Below, one piece after another: positions 39,079-53,191 of a DNA stretch of 64,000 nt. A program made the translations under genes and the position numbers. How positions within the stretch are numbered: the stretch's first letter is position 1; each line of letters starts with the position of its first letter. The DNA is from Octopus vulgaris (taxonomy: Eukaryota): contig OX597816.1 of the NCBI GenBank assembly GCA_951406725.2, forward strand, positions 136,338,001-136,402,000, written 5' to 3'. The notes under the pieces were generated by a model. That model was given only the letters and a program-made list of their open reading frames with translations. It searched no databases and was not told the DNA's origin.

Positions 39079-39205
39079 ATTATTCTTATACAAGAATGTT
39101 GTCGACTGTGATTTCAAAGTTTCGACCAGCTAAGCCATTGTCCAACAATGGTGGCTGGCTGACACTTTGAAGTCACTGTTAACAACATTCATGTATGAAA
39201 ATAAT
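39079..39205. repeat. Small fold-back palindrome
   Basis: ttattcttatacaagaatgttg...gccattgt-cca-acaatgg...caacattcatgtatgaaaataa. Confidence 0.7.
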
Positions 39206-40049
39206 AAAAACAAGATAATAAAATATTGATATATCTTGCAATATCAGAAATGTCAAAGAGAAAATAAAAGTATGAAATAATAGTTCATCATTCATATATC
39301 ATAAGTAATATTAATGAATTAACTTTAATTACTTGCAAATATCTAGTAAATAATTAATTATCTTTATATCAAAGCATATTTTGGAAAATACTAGATTTCA
39401 TCTTTGTATTCAAACTTTTGATTAAGACTGTACATGAAACTTAAACACATGCATACATATGCTTCCGCAGATGTATGTAAATGCAGAAATGTGTACATAC
39501 ACAGGAAAATGTATGCACATATTTAAAGAAATTATTGACATTGTTAATTCAACTAAAGTTATTTGAATATTCATTTAAGCTATGAAACAAGAATTTTTGT
39601 TTACAATGAATTCTCTCTGTCAGTAGGATGGGTAGTAAGCTGGTATAGATGTATGCATATTCAGAATTGTGTTTGCTTGTATTTAAATATCGTATTTGTT
39701 ATGTTTACAATGTTGACTATCATTAAGTTAGTGCTAATGTTTACATTTAATCCACTTAATAAGGAAATCCTCTCAAAAATTTTTTATTAGCATTAACTCC
39801 TCAAAATGATTTTTTTATGCAAATCTGTTTCTTGTTGAGGCATGTCATATTTTATTATAAGGCAACATGACTCATTAAAAATACTAATTATATTTTTTGG
39901 TAGATAATTAACATCATGACAGAAACAACCATGAAATTTAATTATGCAGAGCAGTTTGAGGGTTAAGCCAAATTTCTTTAATATTTATATTGAATACTTT
40001 GTACATCTGTCCATGGTATGACTGCTCCTATTTTATGAAATTAATATAT

Positions 40050-40870
40050 TTTCATCTCTGTAACTTCCAGAAATATGGGATAGTGTACTTTCTGAATATA
40101 TCATAAGAAACCAACCCAACAAGTTCAGCCACTTTAGCTCTATTATACCTCCCCATGGAGATGTAGAACAAAGCATCACCTTCCCTTTCAACCCAGTAGG
40201 AATTATCATGGAACAACAGTGACTTTCTAGCAGTCATTGTTATTCTGGTGTCTAGATCATTAATTATAATGAATCATTTCTCAAAATCCAGGGTTTAAAG
40301 TGGGGGGAGATTCATAAATCATTAATGTTGTTATACAAGCTTTCTCAACTGGAGATTTAGATATAGAACAATAACAGTCAACAATATTGAATTAGGTGAA
40401 TCTGCCAGAGAATTTGTTTTCAGTACCATGACATCCACTTGAGGACAGTAGTACTGCAGTTCCGTTATTCCAGTCTTGTGATACTTATAATTTTGAGGTT
40501 AACTAAGTTGAAAATATGCTTGCAAATTCTTCCCATTTTACTTATGCTGAGTTGATTATCCTAGTTTGAAGTTGAAGAGGAAGTTAGCCTTATGATCCTT
40601 AAAGGTAAAGTAGCTTGTATGCATATCAAGACTGTCCATGTGGACATCTCTTTCTAATTGGGAAACTAATTCATTCTCCTCTGTATTTATGATACTCTTT
40701 GTAGTGGGGTTGTTTTATATATATATATATATATCAGTGATGATGTTTGTCTGGAGTTTAAAGTTCATGGTCTTGTTCAGATTGTGTAAATTCTTTGTTT
40801 TACCTGAAAGTATATGGTCATTTGGGAATTATCATTTGAAGAGTTTTGTATAGTTATTCAAACTGTTTTA
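40050..40870 (-). pseudogene. Old degenerate Naiad-type Penelope RT fragment
   Basis: ARKSLLFHDNSYWVEREGDALFYISMGRYNRAKVAELVGL and upstream T.KDHK.NF...RII match Penelope RT motifs. Confidence 0.75.
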
Positions 40871-42229
40871 GAAAGAACTATTAATATAATGAAATCTTAC
40901 ATTTTTAAAAATGGGCTGGTGAAGATAAATGCGAACTTTTCAACGCCCTTTATTTTTCCTGTGTAATGCGGTGACTTCCATGTTTTGGATTTGTAATTGT
41001 GTTGATATCCCAGTAGTTTCCCTTCCATGGAAAAAAGGTTTCCAACACATGTACTTGATAATGCTTTCTTCTTCTACACACACATACACACACGCATTCT
41101 TCAAAGAATCAAAGATGGTTTACCTCACCATCTTCAGTTATTTATTGTTATTTTGTAGATAGGGCTCAACAAAATTGGAATAAGTATACTTATGTAAGTA
41201 TGCTTATGAACAAGAGTAAAGAAAAGCACTCAATACATAGCGTGGGATTTACACTTATTGAAGGAACACAGCTGGTAATTCACACCATTGTTATTTGGAG
41301 TTTCTCATGCAAAAAGTTTTTAAATTATTGACAAAACAGTATGTAGTAAATACAAATTATATTCACAAACTACAAGGCAGATTGTTTCTCATCAGTGAAA
41401 ATGAGTCATATAATCAAATTTATTGCTGAAGGTTACTGTACTACTATAATATAAATGAAGACTACCAAATCAAACACGTTGTCAAGGACAGCTGCTCTAT
41501 GATACTTGTGAAATTCACTGGCTATGAATTTGAGTTAGTGGGAGTTGAGCATGTAGGCATATGGTAGCAGACGCCCAGAAGAAACTTCTGAAAACAACAA
41601 TTGGACAATGCTTCTGACTAGTAGTTAAAGATTAGCATTGGCTGCTTTAACATCTAGAGCTTTTTCGTTAGACAAAACCATAAGTTTTATCGTTTGAAGT
41701 AAAGAACAGCTTTAAAGAAAATTGTTGATGTCCTTGAATTTCTTGACAAATTGGGATAATTTGATCTAAATGAATGAAGATGCTGACAATAGTGACACTT
41801 AGAAGTCCACAGTGGAGTTTCCTGTGATTCTATCAACACTAAGGATGTCATAGATGTTCAATATACAAGTACATTTGAAAAACAGAATCTCCTGACTGGG
41901 CAATTTGAGAGATTTCAACAGCACAAGTTGGCTTTCAACAAGATTTCAACAGCACAAGTACTGGTGACATGGGAACTGATGCTGTCCTGGCAAGAATAGC
42001 TACCTTAATTATATACATGTCAAAAAGGTTAGTATATTTGTGTATCCTGGAAAACGTCGTTTTTCTAGAGATAGAAAGTTTCTGGCAGTGTTTATAGTAT
42101 CATCCAAGTTATATGGTGAAGTAAATCAGATTCCTTTCTTCTAGCTTCTATTCTGGTGTGGGATGGGTTTGTTGTTCACTAGATACACTAATGTCTCACT
42201 TGGGCTGTTTCTAGTTAGCTTTTCAGAAT

Positions 42230-42500
42230 AGTAGAGAGTGGTGCTGTTAAAGATGATTTTGTTCAAGGGCAGCTCAAAGATACACTTATTCAAATTGTAA
42301 GATTCGTGATTAAGGGGTGGTAAGAACCTTTGTAGATAAATACAGTATATATAGTATCCTCATTTGGTTTTCTATATTGGTAGTATTTCCTTGTATTTAA
42401 ATCTTGTGTTATGTCTAGCAAACTGATTACGTCAAGCTTTTAAAGTATTTATGTTATATCTCTTTAAAATCTTTCTGTATAATGTAGGCATTCATATTAT
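42230..42500 (-). pseudogene. Old degenerate Naiad-type RT thumb fragment
   Basis: VISLLDITQDLNTRKYYQYRKPNED...YKGSYHP aligns by eye to VNFLDVSLDLNNNIYKPYRKPND...VGSCHP of the 26 kb element. Confidence 0.7.
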
Positions 42501-44491
42501 TTGAGATTAATAAACCATCATATCAGAATGAGATTGAAAAGATTTATACAAGAATTATTGTGAACAATTTCAAGTGTCATTACTACCAGCATTTTCACTT
42601 ATTTAGATCAAAGATTTAAGGAAAAATTCATATCCCTGACTTGATTCATCTAGAAAGTCAAGGGCTAAGAATCTAAAACTTCCTCCAATAACACTGTGTT
42701 ATTAATACGACTACTCATTACTTGAATGGATAACTAAACTGTAGACTTTGTTTAATGGAGAACTTCCACATATCAAGGCAAGCAGTGATATCCTTTGATC
42801 AATTGTCAGAAATATCATCCATTTGACATCATCAAAAGTAGTTTCTTCTGGATGTCTCAAAGTTTCAATCCCATTGACACAAGTGTACAACAGGAATACA
42901 TAGCCACTGAATTTAACATATGTTGCCAAAGTATGACTATAGATTTAGACTGAGTAGTCACCCTATACTCAATAGTTGTCTTGTCATCTTACACACACAT
43001 ACTCACATGTAAAATGATGTGTGGATTTTGTGTGCAGGTGTGTGATGTTTATTAATTCTCAATAATATATGGAACACTATACAAGCTTGTCGACTATTGT
43101 ATTATCAGAGGTATGGAACTTATAGTACTTTGCTTTTAAATCCTGTGTACATTAAATTACACACACTCATGTGTATGTGTGTGTGTGTGTGTCTGTGCAT
43201 GTAAGTGATGTGCTAAAATGCATGACATGGTACCATATGAATTAGGACTCAATATTAAAACTATGTTAAACTCCTGTGTTTCTATAATGCATTGTGTAAG
43301 GCAACATAGATATGGATTCAGGCTATAACATAGTAACAAGAGCCACATACAGTTGGAATAGAACACTAAAAACAAATTATTGATATTCCAATTGTTTAAT
43401 TACATGTGTTTCAATGATCTTTCACAGATCATATTCATCAAATGAAAATATTGAAATATCAATAACTTGTTTTCTGTGCTTATTTCAACTATATGTCTGT
43501 GTTTTGTTTGGGGTGGAGAGAGAAAGGGGGAGATGGTGTAGTTGATTTCCAATGAGATGTCATGCCACCAAGGAAAAGGAGAAGCTTATTGTCCAGACAT
43601 AAGAAGACTGCTGTGGGTACATGTTTCTGCCTCATCAGATGACATCAGCAAGAAAATTGTCATGGTGTGAAACAAGACACACCAAAGGACATGGGCAAAT
43701 GTTGATAGGAATTAAAAGTCTTTCACAAAATAATTAAGAGAACACAAAATTTTGAAGCATGTTTTAAAATATCAGTCTTTGAAGATGAAGAATACACAGT
43801 TTGGTTTCATGGCTGAAAGTCTGTTTTTTGAAACAAATGTTCCAGAAAGATTTTACGTGGAAACAGTGACAACTGATCAGCACATTGGATGAAAACTGGA
43901 AGGAATGATTGAACTAGGCAAGATGGCAGATCTAGTTGAGATTTCATTTTTTGGGACACTATTCTTCTTGGTTATAAACTGACCAACATGGCAAATAATG
44001 TCGCTGACAGCTTAACCTATTTGCTTCAGAAGATCCTTTCTGTATCAATCTATCCTTCATCTTTCCAGTTTCAACCTTCTCATACACTTTTTCTCCACTT
44101 GGCATTTATTCTTACATGGTTCTGTACCATCTGAAATATCAGGAGCAAATTGTCCTTCCTTATCTTCAGTTTCCAAGCAACTTAAACATATAGGAAAAAG
44201 AGTAGAACATATTTAAAGCCTAGGTAATTTACAAAAAGACTATTCTTTTCCTTGGTAGAATGGAATTCTTGATTTACATGATTATCTTTCCCTCTAATGT
44301 GGAGCTGATTTCAGCTGGCATTTAGTAATTGTGATACATCCACTAGAGATTGGAGTTAATTTTAATAAGTCAAGAATTATGTTTAATAAGTCAAGAATGG
44401 TGTTTATAAATATATGGTATTTACACACATATACACATACATACATATATACGTCACTATTAGCGACAATTTAAGTCGCATCTAGCCACCT

Positions 44492-44536
<45 letters not shown>

Positions 44537-44587
44537 CATATATATATATATATACATATATATACGTACATACATATATATATGTAT

Positions 44588-45270
44588 ATCATCATCATCA
44601 TCATCATTTAGCGTCCGTTTTCCATGCTAATATGGGTTGGACAGTTCAACTGGAGTCTGTGAAGCCAGAAGGCTGCATCAGGCCCAGTCTGATCTGGCAG
44701 TGTTTCTACGGCTGGATGCCCTTCCTAACACCAACCACTCCGCGAGTGTAGTGGGTGCTTTTTACGTGCCACCGGCACAGGTGCCAGACGGAGCTGGCAA
44801 ACGGCCACGAACGGATGGTGCTTTTACGTGTTACCGGCACGGAGGCCAGTCGGGGCGGTGCTGGCAACAGCCACGAACGGATGGTGCTTTTTACGTGCCA
44901 CCGGCATGGGGGCCAGGTGAGGCTGGCAACGGCCACGAACAGATGGTGCTTTTACATGCCACCGGCACGGGGGCCAGGCGAGGCTGGCAACAGACACGAA
45001 CGGATGGTGCTTTTACGTGCCACCGGCACGGAGGCCAGTAGGGGCGGCACTGGCAACGGCCACGAACAGATGGTGCTTTTTACATGCCACCGGCACGGGG
45101 GCCAGGCGAGGCTGGCAATGGCCACGAACGGATGGTACTTTTTACGTGTCATCGGCACGAAGGCCAGTCAGGATGGCGTTAGCAACGGCCACTATCGGTT
45201 CGCTTACTTGTCACCGGCACTGGTATCACAGCCGCAATTTCCATTGATGTTGATCGACTTCGATTTTGGT
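44588..45270 (-). mobile_element. RTE-type 3' UTR with an expanded ~61-66 bp tandem array (7 units, ~44754-45200)
   Basis: (CAT)n tail at 44588; unit ggtgcttttacgtgccaccggcac...ctggcaacggccacgaacggat. Confidence 0.85.
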
Positions 45271-45282
45271 TCTGCTTTCTGG

Positions 45283-45331
<49 letters not shown>

Positions 45332-45382
45332 GTACATACATATATATGTATATATATATATATATATATACGTACATACATA

Positions 45383-45444
<62 letters not shown>

Positions 45445-45704
45445 CTGAGACCCCTTTCAGTCATTACTGACTGCGGGATTGCACCTAGAAAGTTACCCTC
45501 CCAGAGCAAGTCCGGGCGAGGTTGTTTATGGAAGACCAGCAGTCGCCCATGCATACCGGCCTCCCCTCTCCACACCACCAGTGTTATCCAAGGGAAAGGC
45601 AACGGCCGATACACCTTGGCACCTGTGATGTTGCAACTCATTTCTACAACTGAATTAACTGGAGCAATGTGAAATAAAGTGTCTTGCTCAAGAACACAAC
45701 ACAG

Positions 45705-46646
45705 CGGAATTCTTCATGATATTCATTTTCAATCCTAACCCTACTAACGGCATCTCTGTATAGGGCTTGTACAGCCCTTATTAACCATTCATCAATCTCC
45801 AGTTTCCGCATCGCCCACCAGATAAGGGATCGGGAGACCCTGTCAAAGACTTTCTCCAAGTCCACAAAAGTCAAATATAAAGGTTTATCTTTGGCTAGGT
45901 ATTTCTCGTGCAGTTGCCATACCAGGAATATAGCATCAGTGGTGCTTCTACCTGGCACAAACCCAAACTGCATCTCATCTAAGCAGACTCTCTCCCTAAT
46001 TAGTTGGGCTATGACCCTCTCTGTGACCTTCATTACCTGATCCAACAACTTGATACCTCTGTATGCATCACCTTTACCTTTGTAGCAATTGACTACTGTG
46101 CTGCTACGCCAGTTAATGGGTATGACTCTTTTATTTATTACCTGGTTGCCTATACGGGTGACTAAGCTGTAGCTGATACTGCCAGATATTTTGAGCATCT
46201 CTGCGGTGATTCCTGATGGGCCGGGGGCTTTCCTTGTCTTCATACTCTTAATCGCTGTCTGGCTTCCGTGCCGGTGGCATGTAAAAAGCACCATTCGAGC
46301 GTGATCGTTACCTGTGTTGGCTTACTGGCACTTGTGCCGGTGGCAAATGAACAAAACATTCGAGCAAGGTCATTGCCAGTGCCGCTGGACTGACTCCTGT
46401 GCAGGTGGCACGTAAAAAACTCCATTTCAACATGGCCATTGCCAGTACCGCCAAGCTGGCCTTCGTGCTGGTAGCACGTAAAAGCACCCACTACACTCTT
46501 GGAGTGGTTGGCTTTAGGTAGAGCATCCAGCTGTAGAAACTCTGCCAGATCAGATTGGAGCCTGGTGCAGCCATCTGGTTCAGCAGTCCTCAGTCAAATT
46601 GTCCAACCCATGCTAGCATGGAAAGTGGACGTTAAATGATGATGAT
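45705..46646. mobile_element. RTE-type LINE with inverted 5' segment (RT on -, 45705-46254; 3' UTR on +, 46255-46646)
   Basis: KAPGPSGITAEMLK...QFGFVPGRSTTDAIF...FVDLEKVFDRV on minus abuts a plus-strand UTR ending in (GAT)n. Confidence 0.82.
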
Positions 46647-46657
46647 GTATATATATA

Positions 46658-46701
<44 letters not shown>

Positions 46702-46792
46702 AGTATATAAATGTATATGTATGTATGTGTGTATATATATATGTATGTATATATATGTATATATATATGTATGTATATATATATATGTATGT

Positions 46793-46826
<34 letters not shown>

Positions 46827-46827
46827 G

Positions 46828-46859
<32 letters not shown>

Positions 46860-46965
46860 CAGTGCAGCAAAAATTTAGATTCAAATGAATATGGTACTTA
46901 ATTTAGATGCACCAGAATTCTGTATGGTGTTATCCCTAAAAATCTGTGGGGTGATTATAATCAAA

Positions 46966-47015
<50 letters not shown>

Positions 47016-48544
47016 GAATATATGTATATATATGTGTGTGTGTGTGTGTATACACATATAAATAAACATGAGCATCGTTGAGTGGCTAATAAGATTGCTT
47101 TGCAATCATATGTTCCCTCATTCAAACTTACTGTGCAGCATGTTGTGCATGTCTTTCATTATAGCCTTAAGTTGTCCCAGGCCTTGTGATTGAAATCAGT
47201 TAGAGGGAATCTATGTGGGATCTCATTACATGAATTGTTCATGGTCAGTTTGAACATAAACCAAGTTGAATATTTTGGTCAGATATGGCTAGTTTAAATC
47301 CTAAAAGTTTAATTTTTCTGAATTTTCTGATAGTTGGGATCAGATTGAAGTCATCCTGGCATTAGTTGGTGGTGAGCTAGCAGAATCATTACTGTAACAG
47401 GCATTTCACCTGCTTTTACGTTTCGAGTTCAAATTCTGCCGAGGGTGGCTTTGCCTTCCATCCATTTGGGGGTCGATAAATTAAGTGCTAGCTGAACACT
47501 GGGATTGATGTAATTGACTTACCTGCTCCCCAAACCTGCTGGCCTTGTGCCGAAATTTCAAATCATTATTTGTTGATAGTAGTGGAGCATCAATTAGTCT
47601 ACATCTCTTAGGAACTGACATAACTGCAAGCTACAAATTGTCATTTATGAATTTCCAGTTCTTGTAGCTACTTTTTTTTTTCATTTGTTTGTTTGTTTGT
47701 TTTTTCAGTTATAAAGTTCCACTTCTAAATCAGAAATTAATAAAGTCATGTGTTTCCTTTTATTGAAACTGAATATAGCTTTTAGTTAGAAATTTACTAA
47801 CTAACCCTTTTCATATCAACCTCCTTGAGACTGTCTTTCTATGATATAAACTTCCTCTTTTAAAGTGATCTAACCCTTTAGCATTCAGATTACTCTGTTA
47901 AATTTAACATTTATTTATTCACATTGTTTTGAATTAATCATACATTTTTTCCCTAGCTTTGAGATTCTGATGTGACTGTTTATTTTTAAAACGACATTGT
48001 AGAGTAGGTGTGAGAGGCAGATCTGGATGGTTTGAAAATAAAGCAAGTAGCATGTTTGGGCTGGATATGGCCAGTTTAAATGATAAAGGGCTAAATTAAA
48101 ACTTTCCATCAAAATTTTATATGATTTATGTTCTAAATGCCAGCTGAATAATGACAAAGTTATTTTACTGAATTCTTCATAATTTTATAAAATAATTGAA
48201 ACAAAGGCAATGTGTTTCAACAGAAATATGGTAATAAAAGGGTTGAGTACAGATTATACTTATAAGATTATCTTCTGTTTTTGACTTTATATATCATATA
48301 TATCTTGGGGAAACTCTTTAGATGAAGTCTTTAATCAAAGCAAAACATGAGGTCTCAGAAAAGCTCTTGCAACAAAAATAAGGTATGGGTGATGCAGAAG
48401 GCTGCTGCATACTATGATTCTTGGATCCTGAGGTGAAAATTTTATTTCATATTGAGATCGGTAAAATAGAACACAAGGGAATTAAATTAACCAAAGCAAA
48501 ACAAAAAAATAACTAATTTGTAGCCCACTCCTAATTTTATATAC

Positions 48545-49680
48545 ATACTCAAAGGAGTCATACCCAATGACTGGTGTAGCAGCACCAGAGTCAAAGTTAC
48601 AAAGGTAAAGGTGATGCTTTAGATAGATATAATTACAGAGGTATCAAATTGTTGGATCAAGTGATAAAAGTCATGGAGAGGGTCATAGCCCAGCTAATTA
48701 GGGAGAGAGACAGTTTAGATGAGATGCTGTTTGGGTTTGTACCATGGATAAGTATCACTGATGCTATATTTCTGGTAAGGTAGCTGCAGGAGTAATTCCA
48801 AGCCAAAAATATATCTCTGTACTTGGTATTTGTTGACATGGAGAAAGCCTTCGACAGGGTCTCTGATTCCTCATCTGGTGGTCAATGCAGAAACTAAGGA
48901 TAGATGAGTGGTTGGTGAGAGCTGTACAAGCCATGTACAGGGATACTGTCAGTAAGGTGAGGGCTGGCAACGAATATATTGAAGAATTCTAGGTAGAAGT
49001 GGGGGTTCATCAAGGATCGGTCCTCAACCCCCTCTTATTCAAGAGGTAGACCCAGGAAGACTTGGGATGAGGTGGTGAAGCATGACCTTTGAATGTTGAG
49101 CCTCACAAAGGCAGTGAGAAACAACTGAGACCATTGGAGATATGCTGTGCTCGAGAAGACCCAGCAAACCAAGTGAGATCATAGCTGTGGCCAATGCAAG
49201 TGTCACATAACTAGCCCATTTAAAAGCAGCCTTCAATCATTAGGCAATATGCCATACTTGTGAAGATCTGTTGAGCCAAATGAAATTATAGTTGTGGCCA
49301 ATGTCAGTGCTGCCTGACTGGCTCCCATACCGGTGGCACGTAAAATGTACCATTCGAGCATGGCCGATGCTAATGCCACCTAACTGGCACGTGAAATGTG
49401 CCGTTTGAGCGTGACCGATGCCAGTGCCACCTGACTGGCACATAAAGAGCACCATTTGTGCAAGGTTGATACCATTGCCACTTGACTGGCTCCCATGCCT
49501 GTAGCACATAAAAAGTATCCACTACACTCTCAAAATGGTTGGCATTAGTAAGGGCATCCAGCTGTAGAAACCTTGCTAAATCAGACTGGAGCCTGGTGCA
49601 GCCTCTCGTCTTGCCAGTCCTCAGTCAAACCACCAACCCATGGCAGCATAGAAAGCTGACGTTGATGATAATGATGATTC
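48545..49680 (+). mobile_element. Degenerate, internally deleted RTE-type LINE
   Basis: RT motifs (FVDMEKAFDRV, GVHQGSVL.PLLF) with stops, jumping at ~49042 to the C-terminus (RGRPRKTW) and 3' UTR. Confidence 0.82.
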
Positions 49681-52346
49681 ATCTCAAGCCCATGCACATG
49701 TGCACACTTATCCATATGTTGTTATATGAATTAAAGATGTCTTTGCCTTTATTGACAGAAGATATATGTATTGAACATTTTGGTGAAATATATTGATTCT
49801 CACAATATTCTATCAATATAAATTTATGCTATGTCATAAATTAAAGCATAATTTCATTTGAAATATAAATTATACAGTGCTTAGGGAACAAGTATATAAC
49901 TGTTATATACTTGGTGTTATTTAAGTATAAATATAGATATTTATGTTGCTGCATGTCATTGATAGAAGATTAAAAACATCATTGGCCATAATGTTTTTGT
50001 TCTTCTGACACTTCCTCTCCAGTGCATAGTTATGACATTACACAAGCCAACCATATCAGCTCCATGGTGTTGAGATATATATATCCTATATACTTATTAT
50101 TTCCAAGTGTGTTGGCACTTTCTACTTTTTTCATCTCCAGTGTGTTTACATGCCTCTACATAGATCAACCCCATTGTCTCCTGTGTATTGACATAATACC
50201 GTATTGCATTATCTCAAGTGTATTGACTTGACATTAAACTTGTCCTGTCCAGTGTGTAAACCTAACACTGGACAGATGAATTCCATCATCTTTAGTATGT
50301 TGATACATATCCCTATATATGTTATTTCCAGTGTGTTTTTATATGATACTACATAGGTCAGTCCTGTTACCAGTGTGTTTATATGACAGTCATCTTTAAG
50401 GTATTGACACAGAACTCATGTAGGTTATCCCCTGAGTATTGACACAGTACTACACTGCATAGGTCAGATGTTCATGTCCAGTGTGTTGACACAACACTAT
50501 GCAGTCCAATCCTGTCAAATTTAATGTATTACTAGGGCACAACATTTTAACCTTTCTTCTTCACAAGACGATCCTGTCATTTACTAACACTGAACACTAG
50601 GCGCTTTGCAACCACATGGTTTTAGGTTCAGTTCCACTGCAGAGCACATTGGACAAATATCTTCTACTACAGCTCTGAACCAACCAGTGCTTTGTGAGCG
50701 AATATGGTAGATGGAAACTGTGTGGAAGCCTATTGTATATGTGTGTGTGTGTGTGTTTGTTTGTCCCCCACTACTGCTTGACATTAACGTTGATTTGTTC
50801 ACACCCTCATAATTTAACAGTTCAGCAAAAGAGAATGATAGAATAAGTACCAGACTCAAAAAAAATATATATATATAAGCACTGAGATTGATTTATTCAC
50901 CCAAGCACTTCAAGGTGGTACCCCAGCATGAATGCAATCCAATGGCTGAAACAGGTAAATGATAAAAGCTAAAAGAAGCAGGTAATCTCCAGTGAGTATT
51001 GACACAACCACTACACATGTAATCTATATTGACATAACAATTTACCTGTCATCTTTTATCAGTTGACATAGTTACTAGCAAATCATTTTCAATGTGTTGA
51101 GTTGACAGAATTCCTTATATTCAAATCCAGGCATGGGCTACCTTTTTTCGAAAAGCAGGCCACATGAGACTTGGCTCATCATCAGATGGGCTCCATTACT
51201 AAATACTTTCAAGGTAATAAAATTTTTAGTTAGGTGCACCATTCAGAAAGTCCTGTGAGCCATGGTTTGCCAATGACAGCTCTAATATTTCACTGTATCT
51301 TTCATCTTTATCTTTTACTTGTTTCAGTCATTAGACTGCGGCCATACTGTGGCACCTCCTTGAATTTTTAGTCGAATGAATTGATCCCAGTACTTTTTTT
51401 TTTTTAAGCCTGGTATTTATTGTATCAGCCTCTTTATCCAGACTGCTAAGCTATGGGGATGCAAACAGACCAACACTGGTTGTCAAGTGGTGATGGTGGA
51501 GGACAAGCACAGACACAAAGATCCACACACGCACACACACATATATATGTATGTATGTATATATAATGGGCTTCTTTCAGTTTCCATCTACCAAATCTAC
51601 TCACAAGGCTTTGGTCAACTCGAGGCTATAAGTAGAAGTCACTTGGCCAAGGTGACACTCAGTGGGACTGAACCCAAAACCATGTGGTTGGGAAACAAGC
51701 TTCTTACCACACAGCCACACCTGTGCCTATGAATAAAAAGGACAAACTTAGATAGGAATAGTCACAACTGGAACATCTTTAACATTAAGCTTTCAGGATC
51801 ATGATTGATTTAAGTCTAAATTACAACTTTCCTACCCCTACTTGAACCAAAGAAAGATCTTCATGGTTACTAAACTTGCTAGAAATAGCTACCAAATATC
51901 CCTCAAATCACAATGTCCCATTTTACAAAAGGATGATTACATTGCCTAATGTAATATTAGCTACACTTTATCTAGGATTGTAGTATCAGTCATTTGGCAG
52001 AATTAGTGGTGTTGGATAAATACCTTGTGGTAATTAGTTCTGACTCTGTGCATTTTGAGTTCAAATCCTACCAAAGTCAGTTTTACATTTTACTCTTTCA
52101 GGTTGATAGAAAATTCTAATCAAGTGCTGAGTTCCATCCCCACCTCTATCTCTCCACTTCCATTCTCAGAATTGGCTGCACTGCACAGTGAGAAAGACTA
52201 GGAGGAACATTCTCAATAGCTCTTTCTTTTAAAACAACCATTTCCATTCTATCACAGTGGAAGATATCCAAGGTGTCCTTCCTTGTTATTAAGCAGAAGG
52301 ATATGATTTGGTTGTTATTTCTAGGAGATGAAGTGAACATGTAGAG

Positions 52347-53191
52347 TAGTGGTTCTCAACCATTTTTTTACCTACAGACCCTTTTGAGTCCTATTTTATT
52401 CTGGTGGACCTTAATAGCTGTTCAATGTTCAAAAAGTCCTTTTGTATTTTTATTATCATGCTGGGCAAAATGCTTAGCGACATTTCACCTGTCACTACAT
52501 TCTGACTTTGCCTTTCATCCTTTCAAGGTTGATATAATGTAATCAACTTAACCCCTCCCATAAAATTCCGGGCACACATGCCTAGAGTAGAAAGGATTAT
52601 TAAACATTATTAGGAAGTGTATTTTAAAAAACTGTTAAAATACTTGATGTAGGTGCAGGAGTGGCTGTGTGGTAAGTAGCCTGCTTACCAACCACATGGT
52701 TCCGGGTTCAGTCCCACTGCATGGCACTTTGGGCAAGTGTCTTCTACTATAGCCTCAGGCCAACTAAAGCCTTGTGAGTGGATTTGGTAGACGGAAACTG
52801 AAAGAAGCCCATTGTATATATGTGTGTATATATTATATATGTATATATATTGTATATATGTGTATATATATGTGTGTGTGTGTGTATATGTTTGTGCATC
52901 TGTGTTTGTTCCCTCAACATCGCTTGACAATGCTGGTGTGTTTACGTCCCTGTAACTTAGCAGTTTGGCAAAAGCAACTGATAATATAAGTACTAGGCTT
53001 ACAAAGAATAAGTCCTGGTGTCGATTTGCTCGACTAAAGGCAGTGCTCCAGTATTGCCACAGTCAAATGACTGAAACAAGTAAAAGAGTAAGAGTATTGT
53101 AGAAGTTTAAGCAATATATTGCTCACAAATTTTGACAAAATATCTTATATGGACCTGCAAGGACAATATGGACCCCAGTTGAGAACCACTG
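52347..53191. mobile_element. hAT (Charlie-like) MITE with 8-bp TSD, containing nested SINEs
   Basis: tagtggttctcaacc/gttgagaaccactg; TSD atgtagag at 52339-52346 and 53192-53199. Confidence 0.85.

Noticed and set aside
41160-42030. Coding-like composition with a 19-bp direct repeat (agatttcaacagcacaagt)
   Set aside because: No open frame or recognisable motif; possibly a decayed transposase but unassignable.
44754-45200. Regular repeats with an internal hairpin resembling a CRISPR array
   Set aside because: The intervening parts are homologous to each other, there are no cas genes, the context is eukaryotic, and the unit is part of the RTE 3' UTR.
50030-50510. Recurrent ccagtgtgtt / tattgaca motifs
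   Set aside because: Irregular spacing, degenerate minisatellite, no structure or ORF.
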